A DNA stretch of 63,500 nucleotides, the filler included. It is 5 parts of 5 records of this genome, joined end to end, with 100 filler letters (N's around TTAATTAATTAA, not from the genome) between each part and the next. Parts side by side here need not be neighbours in the genome. Positions count along the whole stretch, not along the records: positions 26,324 to 46,781 come from SRR31156797_6889; positions 46,882 to 52,612 come from SRR31156797_6898; 3 more parts are not named here. The stretch is one strand, 5' to 3'. Below the pieces are notes generated by a model, which worked only from the letters and a program-made list of their open reading frames with translations, was not told where the DNA came from and did no database searches. Made by a program: the position numbers and the translations under genes. Position 1 is the stretch's first letter; each line of letters begins with the position of its first letter. Below, piece after piece: positions 39,792-49,477 of the stretch.

Positions 39792-42700
39792 TAATAAGCC
39801 TTTTTTTGAAGCATTTTAAAATCTTTAAGCAAACTGGACTTGGCATTCAATCTTATGAATACACTTTTCCCGGGACGCCAGTCAAGAGCAAAGGTCCAGC
39901 AATGAAGATCTCTAATCAAACTCAACCTTTGATCTGTTATCTTTTGCTCAAGGACATCAAAATAGATCTTGTAGGTTCCCTGCCATTTAGGGCTTAAACT
40001 CGCCTTTAACGTGGATGTTACCAATAAGCTGTTCTGGATATTTGTAGGGTTAGCTGCATTTGATACAAAAGAGATACTGGAGTTTATGCTCCATTTAGAA
40101 AAACCTGTATCAGACCCTTTTGCCGGTTTTGTTCCAATTCCCGGTATGTGTTGACTTGCCGTTGAATCTGTGGTATTAGTTTCTTTGGGCTTTTTATCAT
40201 TAGTCTGCGGCTTGATCAATAAACCGGTACTCAACCTTAAATAGGTCATTCTTGGAATTGCCAATTCATTGATGCGTGTATATGAATCATCGGCATCGAT
40301 CCTGTAGGCATATGGATCGAATCTTGCATCGACCTTCAGGTCCATTCCTCCCGGAAGATCCTTGATCGTTGATGTAGCTCTGATCAAAGAACTGTGAAGC
40401 GAGTCGGCAAGAAAATTAATGCTATGCTGTAAATTCAGGAAAGTGGTTTTAATTTCCTTCCCTTCTCTGTTCGTTGTTTTGGCATCAAAATTATGATTAA
40501 AAGACATAGCGAAAGTTTGACTTTCAGCTGAAGGGGTGGCACCCAGCATGGTGCTTGAAAAATAATCGTAAACAACTTCCTCGCCATCTGTTCCAAATCC
40601 TTTGAAAACATAATTCGGGTTTTCGGATTGATCCGGACGATACACATATTTCAGGCTCATGTTCATGGTGTGGCGGATGGCTTTCAAAGGACCTATACCC
40701 AAATTGAATACACCATATAAAGTGGTACTTGCCGAAGCACCCAAATTAAATCTGCCTCTCCGTTTGAATCCATCAATATCCTGCAAAACAATATTGCCAT
40801 TGGAATCTACCAAGGCTGAATCATTTTGCATGACCGGCGCTTTGTACATGGTTGTCCAATCTTCAAAATATCTCAAATAAGGTGAAACAGTCAGGAATCC
40901 GAATAATTTATCATTATATCGAACGTCCGCAGTGGTTTGAAATTTATTTTTTTGGTCATCAATGTAAAGATCGTTCACAACGGTATCAATGATCATCGGA
41001 TCAACCGTATCAACTATAAAAGTTGTATCAACACCATCATAAACGTGGGTCATTTTATTGCTGAGTGAAGAAGAAACGTTATAGGTGAAATTATGATACC
41101 ACTGGTTGGGTTGAGATGCATTTTTCTTTTTAAAGATCGATGCGCTTTTTTTAGAGATTGAAAATTGCGGCAAATAGGTGGTCGATGTTCCGGTTTGAAG
41201 ATCCTCGTTATGGGATGCATTCACGCTCATTGAAAATGGACCCAAGCTTGTTCTAAAAGTCGCTTTCGATAGCATTTGTTGTTCAAGTTTATCGTCAATA
41301 TCCAACTCATCTTCATAATTTGTTCTGTCGTTCGTGTAATTGACATTCACGTTCAAGCTGGATTTTCTACCGATCTTTTGTGGGTGGGTCATTTGGATCT
41401 TATAACCCTGCTTCGGTGAATTTGACAAGAAATTATTCCAATATCTCAAGGTAAGCGAACCACCACTGATATAATTTTTAAGTGCATACCGCTGACGCAA
41501 TTCAAACTCTACACCCTTGCTGTCATAAAAATCTACCAGAAGCCTGGCATCATAATAATCATTTGGTGCCCAATAGTATCCGGCACCGGTCAATCCCCAT
41601 CCATAACTTGTACTCTGTTGAAATCCCGGAACGATCCAACCGCTGCGACGATTGCCTTCCTCGATAGAAACAAAAAGACTGGGAACATACAATAAGGGAA
41701 TATCCATCACTTTTAAGGTAAGGTCCTGCGCAAAAACCCGGTCACCAGGAACCACTTTCATGTGTTTGGCCTCAATACAAAAGTGCGGCTCTTCAAGCTC
41801 GCAGGTTGAGAATATTCCATCTCGCACATATAAAGGCTCATCTTCGGTTTTCAGAACTGTACTACCTTGATAATAACCTTCTTTAATGTTCGTTTTCCCT
41901 CTGGTGATCCTACCGCGCTGGGTATCCAAATTATACTCGAACAAGCGTCCGTAAACCGGTTCGTCCTGACCCTGTATAAATTCGGGCAATTCTCCGCTTT
42001 CACCCGGCATGGCGTAAAGAATATTGGTCGCCCAATCAATCTTCATGGTATCGGCACGGAGTTTGATCTTGCCATAATTCATATCCGATGAAGGATAGAT
42101 GAACATATTATCTTTTTTTATACTGTAATGGGCTTCATTTCCAAAATAGAAAACTGAGGTGTCCATTTCTTCATAGGAAGTATCCGGATCAAAACGGCCT
42201 TCTACACCAAAGATCGCATAAAGATCCGAGACATCACCTTCATCAAAAAGAATGTGCACCGAATCAGAGGTCATGTGGTTCATGCCTTTGTAAACGGAAT
42301 CTTTAAAAACGTGATAATCCGAGGTCACCATTCCGGTCATGTCCAGCCAATCGGGTTCATCTTTTTCATTGAACTCTAATAGAAGATGCTTACCGGTCAT
42401 ATTGCTGACCTTTTCGATCAGCGTGTCCTTTTCTTCCCCGATGAAGCCATCTTCTCTCATAGTCACTCTTGGGTCAACGGGAGCTGTCAATTTACCCAGA
42501 TGTTCTCTATAAAAATCCAGATGCATTTCAGTACCGTACATGTCAATATCCTGATACCTTAAGTGAGCATTGCCATAAAAAGCAACGGTTTGAAGAGAGT
42601 CATTATAAAACAGAGAATCGCACCACGCTGATGAGGAATCTTGCTGAACATACACATTCCCGGTCGCGATCAACCAGGCATCATTCATATTGCCCTTCAT

Positions 42701-43405
42701 CTTTGCGGCAAAAACTTCAAATCGTTTTTTCCCGTCTTCGAGCGTCTCGTAAACCGAAGCATTCTGATGTCCATAGAATTCATCTGTGTCCAGTTGGTAC
42801 TCCAGTTCAGCACCCCTCATGGTGATATTGTTCACCGTATCGCTCATGACCGCTTCACCATATAGCCAAGCGCGATCATTTTCCCTGTCGAATTTCATCG
42901 AATCCGCATAGGTGTAGGAAATGCTGTCCTTGATCTCAACATTTCCCTTAGCTAGATAGATGTCCCGATCGAGATTTCCGCTTAGAGATTCGGCATAAAA
43001 TTCACGTGAATCATATGTAATGAACAAGTCAGATGGAACATTAAGATCTTTATTGTCGGTATTGTATTCACCTTCTTCAAAAAGGACATTGACACTGTCG
43101 TCAAAAATACGGACATTCCCGAAAAGTTTTAACAGGTCGATATCTTCATACTGATAGATCCTATCGGCAAAGAGATGAACGTCTCCTTGTTTCAGGTGAA
43201 CATCCTTGTCAAACATCAAATAGCTGCCTTCAGATCCCGCCTCTGAACTTTCCGTTTCTTCGGTCACTTTTTGCATGGTACCGGCATGTAAAAGTTCGAT
43301 CGGCTCGGACTTTGCGAATGCCATTCCCAAGATCAACAGGGAAGCAATGAATATTCTAAGGATTTTCACATTGTTTTGATGCATCAGACCCATTTTTGTT
43401 TCCAT
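39788..43405 (-). CDS. lptD: LPS-assembly protein LptD (Bacteroidota/FCB type) with extended N-terminal OstA/LptA-like repeats
   Basis: Repeated OstA-like strands (GNVEIKDS, GNVYVQQDS), FSTCELEEPHF, GYYWAPNDY, C-terminal RDLHCW...LKDFK. Exact start codon uncertain. Confidence 0.85.
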   Translation of the reverse strand: METKMGLMHQNNVKILRIFIASLLILGMAFAKSEPIELLHAGTMQKVTEETESSEAGSEGSYLMFDKDVHLKQGDVHLFADRIYQYEDIDLLKLFGNVRIFDDSVNVLFEEGEYNTDNKDLNVPSDLFITYDSREFYAESLSGNLDRDIYLAKGNVEIKDSISYTYADSMKFDRENDRAWLYGEAVMSDTVNNITMRGAELEYQLDTDEFYGHQNASVYETLEDGKKRFEVFAAKMKGNMNDAWLIATGNVYVQQDSSSAWCDSLFYNDSLQTVAFYGNAHLRYQDIDMYGTEMHLDFYREHLGKLTAPVDPRVTMREDGFIGEEKDTLIEKVSNMTGKHLLLEFNEKDEPDWLDMTGMVTSDYHVFKDSVYKGMNHMTSDSVHILFDEGDVSDLYAIFGVEGRFDPDTSYEEMDTSVFYFGNEAHYSIKKDNMFIYPSSDMNYGKIKLRADTMKIDWATNILYAMPGESGELPEFIQGQDEPVYGRLFEYNLDTQRGRITRGKTNIKEGYYQGSTVLKTEDEPLYVRDGIFSTCELEEPHFCIEAKHMKVVPGDRVFAQDLTLKVMDIPLLYVPSLFVSIEEGNRRSGWIVPGFQQSTSYGWGLTGAGYYWAPNDYYDARLLVDFYDSKGVEFELRQRYALKNYISGGSLTLRYWNNFLSNSPKQGYKIQMTHPQKIGRKSSLNVNVNYTNDRTNYEDELDIDDKLEQQMLSKATFRTSLGPFSMSVNASHNEDLQTGTSTTYLPQFSISKKSASIFKKKNASQPNQWYHNFTYNVSSSLSNKMTHVYDGVDTTFIVDTVDPMIIDTVVNDLYIDDQKNKFQTTADVRYNDKLFGFLTVSPYLRYFEDWTTMYKAPVMQNDSALVDSNGNIVLQDIDGFKRRGRFNLGASASTTLYGVFNLGIGPLKAIRHTMNMSLKYVYRPDQSENPNYVFKGFGTDGEEVVYDYFSSTMLGATPSAESQTFAMSFNHNFDAKTTNREGKEIKTTFLNLQHSINFLADSLHSSLIRATSTIKDLPGGMDLKVDARFDPYAYRIDADDSYTRINELAIPRMTYLRLSTGLLIKPQTNDKKPKETNTTDSTASQHIPGIGTKPAKGSDTGFSKWSINSSISFVSNAANPTNIQNSLLVTSTLKASLSPKWQGTYKIYFDVLEQKITDQRLSLIRDLHCWTFALDWRPGKSVFIRLNAKSSLLKDFKMLQKKAYY

Positions 43406-43539
43406 TGGTCTTAAACTTTAAATATAAGCCCTTTTATAATGAAAAAGAAGACGCTTATCATATTTATCCCCTCATAAATAAGACACATAAAAAAGAAAAA
43501 ATCGTTGTCATTTCGACCGAAATATCAATATTATTGGGC

Positions 43540-45012
43540 ATGTTACTGACAGGCGCAAATATTTTATTGATCGAGCATGATAGTCGAGTTATCGAGAGTA
43601 TCAGACAAGGTTTAAAAGAACCTTTTGAACTGGATATTGAAAAAAACGCTGTAGCCGGTATCAAAAAAGCATCATCCAAAGAATACGATATATATTTTAT
43701 TGCCACAGAATTACCGGATATGGACGGTATTGATGTCCTTGCAAGAATTAGGACAATATATCCGGACGCAATTTGCGTGATGATGGAACAGGACCCGGAT
43801 ATTGAAACCATCATGCGCTCCGGTCGAGCGGGCGGTTATGATTTCCTGAAAAAACCCATCAAGCACCATAAGTTGGAACGTTTGATGAAACGCGCAACGG
43901 AACGACGTTGGTATATCCGTGAAGCACAAAGGCTTGAAGGCGAAAAGAACACCAACCTCCTGGCTATTTCAGAAGAACAATCCCGTTTGCGTTCCGTGAT
44001 CAATTCCATTGATGACGGATTGATCATTACGAATAATCGTCGTGAGATCATTTTCACCAATCCGAAATTTGATAAATTGATCGATTTTAAACGTGAGATC
44101 CTGGTCGGTGAAAAAATATTTGATATTCTGCCCAGAAAATTGCAAAAGCAGATCGACTCTATCTTTGAGAGAAATGACTCATCCTGTTCTATCAAGGAAG
44201 AGATCGTGATCGAACCGCCGGCAAAACTTGTTGTATTGGCCAATTCCTCCCCTATTCTTGATGATAAGAATAACATAACCGGGGTTGTTTCGGTTCTTCG
44301 TGATATCTCTGAGATCAAGGCTATTGAACTTTCCAAATCCGAATTCATCAACATGGTAGCCCATGAGCTAAAAGCGCCACTTGGAGCGATCAAAGGCTAT
44401 CTTGAGATGGTTATTGAAAAACAACTCGGCGACAATGAAGAATTGTATGAAAATTATTTAAAACGGTCGCATAATCGTAGTGAGGCTATGCTTGCCCTCT
44501 TGCAGGATCTTTTGAATATTTTCCGCATGGATGCTCAAACCGTCCGCAGAGAAGTGGAAAGGTTGGATGCTGGGGAGCTGTTAAAAGAAACCATCGAGTT
44601 TTTTGACAGCAATATTCAAAAGCGAAAACTCAAGCTTAGCGTCGATATTGAAAAAAATCTTTTTATTGAAGCTGACCGCGAAGAGATCAGAAGGGTTTAT
44701 ACAAACCTGATATCCAATGCCATTAAATACAATAAAGACGAAGGCAAGATCAAACTTAGCGCTAAAGAAGATGATCTTTATGTTGTGATTGAGATCGAAG
44801 ACAGCGGCATTGGCATGAAACCGGAAGAAAGCGAACGCCTGTTCGAAGAATTCTTTCGTGCCAAGAACGAGCATACTCGCAAGATCAGTGGTACCGGCCT
44901 TGGTATGACCATCCTGAAAAAGATCGTTGATGAGTACGATGGTAAGATCATGGTGAAGAGCGAGTATGAGAAAGGCTCCTGTTTTAAGGTGAAACTTCCA
45001 CTAGCTAAATAG
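43540..45012 (+). CDS. Hybrid sensor histidine kinase: atypical REC - PAS - HisKA - HATPase
   Basis: H-box AHELKAPL, N-box NLISNAIKY, G1 DSGIGM, F-box LFEEFFR, G2 GTGLGM. ATG 43540 chosen to avoid overlap with lptD. Confidence 0.9.
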   Translation: MLLTGANILLIEHDSRVIESIRQGLKEPFELDIEKNAVAGIKKASSKEYDIYFIATELPDMDGIDVLARIRTIYPDAICVMMEQDPDIETIMRSGRAGGYDFLKKPIKHHKLERLMKRATERRWYIREAQRLEGEKNTNLLAISEEQSRLRSVINSIDDGLIITNNRREIIFTNPKFDKLIDFKREILVGEKIFDILPRKLQKQIDSIFERNDSSCSIKEEIVIEPPAKLVVLANSSPILDDKNNITGVVSVLRDISEIKAIELSKSEFINMVAHELKAPLGAIKGYLEMVIEKQLGDNEELYENYLKRSHNRSEAMLALLQDLLNIFRMDAQTVRREVERLDAGELLKETIEFFDSNIQKRKLKLSVDIEKNLFIEADREEIRRVYTNLISNAIKYNKDEGKIKLSAKEDDLYVVIEIEDSGIGMKPEESERLFEEFFRAKNEHTRKISGTGLGMTILKKIVDEYDGKIMVKSEYEKGSCFKVKLPLAK

Positions 45013-45151
45013 AAGATTCTTTTAAATCATAGATTTCTCAGACCATACAGAATTATAATGTGATAGAGCACTAGGGCACTAGCGCGCTAGTACTCTAATG
45101 CCTAATAATGTTTTGTGGCTTTATATATCTTTGTGCCTTTGTGTGAGGTCT

Positions 45152-46639
45152 TTATTTATACGCGCAAATCAATTCCAAAATCGAATCCGTGATCCGCTCA
45201 TTATCTTTTGAACTTAGCATATGTCCATTTACTAAGAATGAAAAAACAATGTTCTCGCCGCTTGCTGTTGTGGTATATCCACTTAAACCCCGGACATTTG
45301 ATATTGTACCGGTTTTTGCAAAAACCTTTTGTTCTGCAGCTGTTCCTTTCATTCGGCGTCTCAATGTACCATCAAGGCCTGATATCGGCATAGAGCGCAC
45401 CCAAACGTCCTTCAGGTCACTTTTATACATGCCTTCCAGGATCTTTACAAGAACTTGAGGTGAAATATAATTATAACGTGTCAATCCGGATCCATCAACA
45501 TATGTCCAGGTACCGGGCTCAACGCCAAATTCAGCATACACCGAATCCATGATCTCGCGTCCGGCATTGATCGAACCCAAACCTGTTTCATGCCAGGATA
45601 GTACCCTCGGCATGGTCTCGGCATACATGTTCTGGCTGCGTTTCATCAATCTTCTTGCCACCTCAGATAAAGGCACTGAGTAATAATTGGCCAGCTCTTT
45701 ATAATTTTCATCCTGAGGAGCATGAACCCAATTTTCGATCTCATCGCAATCCTTGGGTTCGCCATTCACGATAATACCCTTTTTTTCGAGAGTTTCTTTA
45801 AGAACATGTACATAGAATTTTGTTGGGTTATCAATGGTCGGAGTTCTTTCGGTCGTATCACTCCCGGCAACAAGCTGGCCTCTTAAAGTGATCTCATTGG
45901 AATAGAAATCACGTTCCAGATAGATCCTGTTATAGCCTTCTTCCACAATCTCGAAATCGCTCATAAGTGTGAAATATGACGATTCGATATTGGGGATCAA
46001 AACAACCTCGCCATCCAAAGTTGCAGGTGGGACGATCTTGACATCAATATAATTTTCATTGAATTGCAAAGCACCGAATTGAGCGGCATACCAGATGCTT
46101 TGGTAATCCCAGGCCCAGCCTTCACCGATATGCACATCATCGAAAGCATCGTCATCACCGATGATATTTCCCGTGATCCGGTAAATACCTTGAGCTTTCA
46201 AAGAATCAGCCCAGGCTTCAAAAATGGATGTCGAGTGATCAACATATTTTTCATACATGGTTGGATCACCGTTACTCCAAACGACCAGATCGCCATAAAG
46301 CACCGATCCTCTTTGATGCCCTTTGGTCAGCACGTGGGTCTCGAACTGAAAGTCCGGACCTAAAACTTTTAAAGCGGCAGCTGTAGACGGGATCTTATTA
46401 TTGGATGCGGGCATGAACAAGCGATCCTTGTTATGAGCATACCAGATCTCTTCGGTATCCAATGATTTGATCATTACACCCCAGTGGGCATGGTCGAATG
46501 CTTCGTCATTGACCAAAGCATCGATCTTTTGCATCATGGTATTAAAATCACCATTACCTTTTTTTTGAATTGCCTGAGATACGGTTCCACATGAAAATAA
46601 AAACATGCCGATAAACAAGAGAATACATAATCGCTTCAT
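45152..46639 (-). CDS. dacB: D-alanyl-D-alanine carboxypeptidase/endopeptidase PBP4 (peptidase S13), lipoprotein
   Basis: Lipobox LFSC; PASNNK, SQN, DGSGLTRYN, KTGT. Confidence 0.93.
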   Translation of the reverse strand: MKRLCILLFIGMFLFSCGTVSQAIQKKGNGDFNTMMQKIDALVNDEAFDHAHWGVMIKSLDTEEIWYAHNKDRLFMPASNNKIPSTAAALKVLGPDFQFETHVLTKGHQRGSVLYGDLVVWSNGDPTMYEKYVDHSTSIFEAWADSLKAQGIYRITGNIIGDDDAFDDVHIGEGWAWDYQSIWYAAQFGALQFNENYIDVKIVPPATLDGEVVLIPNIESSYFTLMSDFEIVEEGYNRIYLERDFYSNEITLRGQLVAGSDTTERTPTIDNPTKFYVHVLKETLEKKGIIVNGEPKDCDEIENWVHAPQDENYKELANYYSVPLSEVARRLMKRSQNMYAETMPRVLSWHETGLGSINAGREIMDSVYAEFGVEPGTWTYVDGSGLTRYNYISPQVLVKILEGMYKSDLKDVWVRSMPISGLDGTLRRRMKGTAAEQKVFAKTGTISNVRGLSGYTTTASGENIVFSFLVNGHMLSSKDNERITDSILELICAYK

Positions 46640-46684
46640 GAAACATCCTTTCTTAAAATAATTCAAGCCTAATTTACTTGGAAA

Positions 46685-46748
46685 TTACCATTGAGTCAAT
46701 GGTAACAATTCTGATTGAGTCAATTGAACGAATTCTATTTGAGTCGAA
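46685..46748. promoter_or_regulatory. Three TTGAGTC(A/G)A palindromic cores at 24-bp spacing upstream of dacB
   Basis: Perfect inverted repeat TTACCATTGA-G-TCAATGGTAA (46685-46705); further cores centred at 46719 and 46743. Confidence 0.4.
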
Positions 46749-46755
46749 TTGAAAA

Positions 46756-46780
46756 AGACGGAGCATTGCTCCGTCTCTAC
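46756..46780 (-). repeat. GTAG-type REP-like hairpin at contig end
   Basis: Minus strand reads GTAG-AGACGGAGC-AAT-GCTCCGTCT. Confidence 0.6.
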
Positions 46781-46781
46781 C

Positions 46782-46881
46782 NNNNNNNNNNNNNNNNNNN
46801 NNNNNNNNNNNNNNNNNNNNNNNNNTTAATTAATTAANNNNNNNNNNNNNNNNNNNNNNNNNNNNNNNNNNNNNNNNNNNN
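46782..46881. other. Artificial contig linker
   Basis: N44-TTAATTAATTAA-N44. Confidence 0.99.
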
Positions 46882-47257
46882 CAGCCAGGCGGTCAGAATC
46901 CCGATCCACTTCCTGCGACAGCAGGTTGGCTTTCATGGATCTGAGTTCCGCCTGGAGACGGTCGATTTCAGCGGCTGCAACAGCCAGTTCGGCTACGAGG
47001 GTCTGGTCATCGAGGATTGCGACAATCTGGCCTTGCTGTACCTGGTCATGGAGTTCGACAGGGACGACTTTCAGTGTGCCTTCCGATACGGATGCAATGG
47101 TTCGTTGTTCGCCCTGGGCGATTCCTTTGAAGGTATATCGCTGCGACTGGTTTAAGAGCAGGTAACCCGTGATTGAGCACGCGACAAGCCATACGATCAG
47201 TGGGGCAGCCTGGTGACGAAGTGCATGTCGATTCCACGATTTCCAGTGGTTTTCCAT
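46882..47257 (-). CDS. HlyD-like membrane fusion/adaptor protein, 3' truncated
   Basis: N-terminal TM, lipoyl-like half-motif GTLKVVPVELHDQVQQGQIVAIL, then coiled coil. Confidence 0.7.
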
Positions 47258-47274
47258 TCCCGTACATCTCCTGG

Positions 47275-47982
47275 TTACACTTCGAGTAAGTCTTCCTGCA
47301 TCGACAGGCTGATGTTCTGAATGCCGTTGATCAGTTCCAGGGCTTCGACAAACCTGGGGTTATTCCGTGCATTCTGAACTCGTAGCTGGTATGCGTATTC
47401 TGTTGTGGAGGTCATTGAGCTACTGTTTGAGGAGATCAGCATGTAGCTCGTGCAGAACTTTTTGAGTGTCCTGGCCAGCACGGACGTATCCTGGTTTTCC
47501 GTGTCGAGTTCAAATCGCAAAAAAGCATTCTGCGGATGGCTGGACCCGAAGGATGTCAGGTGAAGATAAATCATGATGGCGCAGAGCAGGATCGTGCCGG
47601 ACACCGCTACCGAGTATCGCTGTGAACCGGAAGCCATGCCGATCACCAGGGCACAAAAAATAAACGCCATGTCTCGTGTGTCCTTGACCATGTTCCTGAA
47701 TCGTATGATTGCCAGGGAGCCGATCAATCCGAAGGCTGTCACAATACTGTTTCCGATCACGGCCATCACCATCGCAATGACAACGGTAATCGGAATCAAG
47801 GCCTGGACGAAGGATTTTGAATACGATAACCCGGTATGGGTTCCGTAATACACCCAGGCGAGAACCTGGCCCAGCACAAAGGCGATCAGCATGGATAGAA
47901 TGACACTCTCGGGTGGGTAGAGATCATTCGGCGAAAGGCCGCCATCAAGAAAATACCATACATGATCCATACAAGCCTCCAT
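47275..47982 (-). CDS. DUF4956 family membrane protein
   Basis: AFGLIGSLAIIRFRNMVKDTRDMAFIF...IGMASG; start overlaps the VTC gene stop. Confidence 0.88.
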   Translation of the reverse strand: MEACMDHVWYFLDGGLSPNDLYPPESVILSMLIAFVLGQVLAWVYYGTHTGLSYSKSFVQALIPITVVIAMVMAVIGNSIVTAFGLIGSLAIIRFRNMVKDTRDMAFIFCALVIGMASGSQRYSVAVSGTILLCAIMIYLHLTSFGSSHPQNAFLRFELDTENQDTSVLARTLKKFCTSYMLISSNSSSMTSTTEYAYQLRVQNARNNPRFVEALELINGIQNISLSMQEDLLEV

Positions 47983-48722
47983 TATGCAGTAAGTGGAAAA
48001 ACGGCAGGAATGCGTTTTGCTTTCACCATGGACAACGCATATTTGGAAATTGAACGGGATTCCAGTCCGAAGTTTTTGACAAGTCCTGTCAGCCAGAACG
48101 GGAATGGTCCTGTGAACTTGATTTCAAGGATGATGCCGTGCTCCGTCCAGCGGTTCCAGCCCGTTTCGGCATGGCTGATTCGATCCGAACCTGTGACCTT
48201 ATAGGACAGTTTTCGGTCGAACGTGATTCGTGTGTCATCGTTGTCACATCCCACGAGTGCCCTGCGATCATAGGCGATGAGCATGCGAGGTTTTGCCTGA
48301 ACACGTTTCATGTAATACAGGAACTGCTGTAGATTCTGATAATCAGTGCAGCTGTCTTTTCTGGGCCATGACTGCCCCGTCAGGTAGGGCGTCACCATGT
48401 CCGCAGGAACGCGGGCACGCGATTTCACAATCACCCGATTGACTCGTCGCTTGATTTCGAAGAAACGGGGTGAGTCCGGATGGTCGTTATAGGATCGGAT
48501 ACGAAGTTTGAATCGATTCTTGTGTCCTTCCAGTGATTCCCGGCAGAAACGGATATCTGTTGAATCCAGATACAGGCTGACAAGCGGATACCGCCCGTCA
48601 GAATGCTGGTCTGATTTCGTGTACGGCCTGAGATACGCTTCGATCCCGGCTGCCTGGGATTCGGTGATGAGATACTTGAACTCATGCCGCCACCAGTTTG
48701 TTTTGCTTTGAAGATCCTTCAA
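47982..48722 (-). CDS. VTC-domain (CYTH-like) polyphosphate polymerase family protein
   Basis: RHEFKY, SLYLDS, RFKLRIRSY, FFEIKRR, KSR, YDRRA, RITFD, ILEIKF, ISKY. Confidence 0.9.
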   Translation of the reverse strand: MKDLQSKTNWWRHEFKYLITESQAAGIEAYLRPYTKSDQHSDGRYPLVSLYLDSTDIRFCRESLEGHKNRFKLRIRSYNDHPDSPRFFEIKRRVNRVIVKSRARVPADMVTPYLTGQSWPRKDSCTDYQNLQQFLYYMKRVQAKPRMLIAYDRRALVGCDNDDTRITFDRKLSYKVTGSDRISHAETGWNRWTEHGIILEIKFTGPFPFWLTGLVKNFGLESRSISKYALSMVKAKRIPAVFPLTA

Positions 48723-48798
48723 AGAACTACTCTCCAGTCATCCCCGGGAAGATGTAAGCACCACAATCGTGATCGCGGCTTCTCAGGGAATTGAAAAC

Positions 48799-48974
48799 CT
48801 ATTCCTGATACACAGGAATTCTTCCAGGGCGTTCTGCCGTTCTGGAATCGGGACAACAAGTTTTCCAAGGCTGCTTCAGGCGTTTCTGCAGAATCGATGA
48901 ATGAATAATCATCAAACATGAATTCGGAGTTGGTACCATCAGGTCGTGAGTAGAAGCAGGTTTTGGCGGTTCAT
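48799..48974 (-). pseudogene. Decayed remnant of a second cotH-like gene
   Basis: 48799-48915 aligns with the 3' end of the cotH ORF (YSFIDSAETPEAALENLLS..RQNALEEFL..QE* vs YTFIDSAVSFESALEYLLSHVEQRQDALDEFLSEQE*) with two apparent 1-nt deletions. It is preceded by AGGAGG + ATG (48974) encoding a short MNRQNLLLLTT*. Confidence 0.7.
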
Positions 48975-48985
48975 CTTGTTCCTCC

Positions 48986-49003
48986 TGGCACAAAAATGTG
49001 CCA
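48986..49003. promoter_or_regulatory. Palindromic operator-like site TGGCAC-N6-GTGCCA
   Basis: Perfect 6-bp inverted repeat directly upstream of the AGGAGG RBS in front of the remnant/VTC genes. Confidence 0.35.
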
Positions 49004-49477
49004 AATCTTAATCATAACTTAACATTCTACTAAAAGCCACTCTCATTAACGATTTTACCAACGAAAAGCTACACACGTTTTCTTTGTAATATCAAATCTT
49101 TGCAAACTTCTTTTAGCGTGCAGGTAGATCTGTGATTGAATGCAACAGTTTCACTGGAGTCTGGATTGCTTGATTCATGCCAATGGATGTCCTGAAGCGA
49201 GTAGCGTGGGTTTCGGGAGTCTTGTTCTTGTGTGCATAACAGCAGAGTAATGGGCGATGCTGATGCATATTTGGGTGAAAAAGTTTTGTACACACGTTGT
49301 TGCTTAAGCATAAAGGAAAGTCCTGTAGGAATCATTGATCTGATTCGTTCACTTCTGCCTGAGAATGACACATCAGGCTTCTGTCCGTGTATCCCAAAGA
49401 TGGCTTCTGTTTCTTCGGAAGGGAGAATCCCTGATAGGGTGTTCTCCCTATTTTTCTGTTGCAGGTGACTTGGATGC

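Noticed and set aside
46685-46750. CRISPR array
   Set aside because: Period is only 24 bp with degenerate units, no unique spacers and no cas genes. No CRISPR array was seen anywhere in the window.
48986-49003. Sigma-54 promoter suggested by TGGCAC
   Set aside because: No TTGC -12 element at the required spacing on either strand; kept only as a palindrome.
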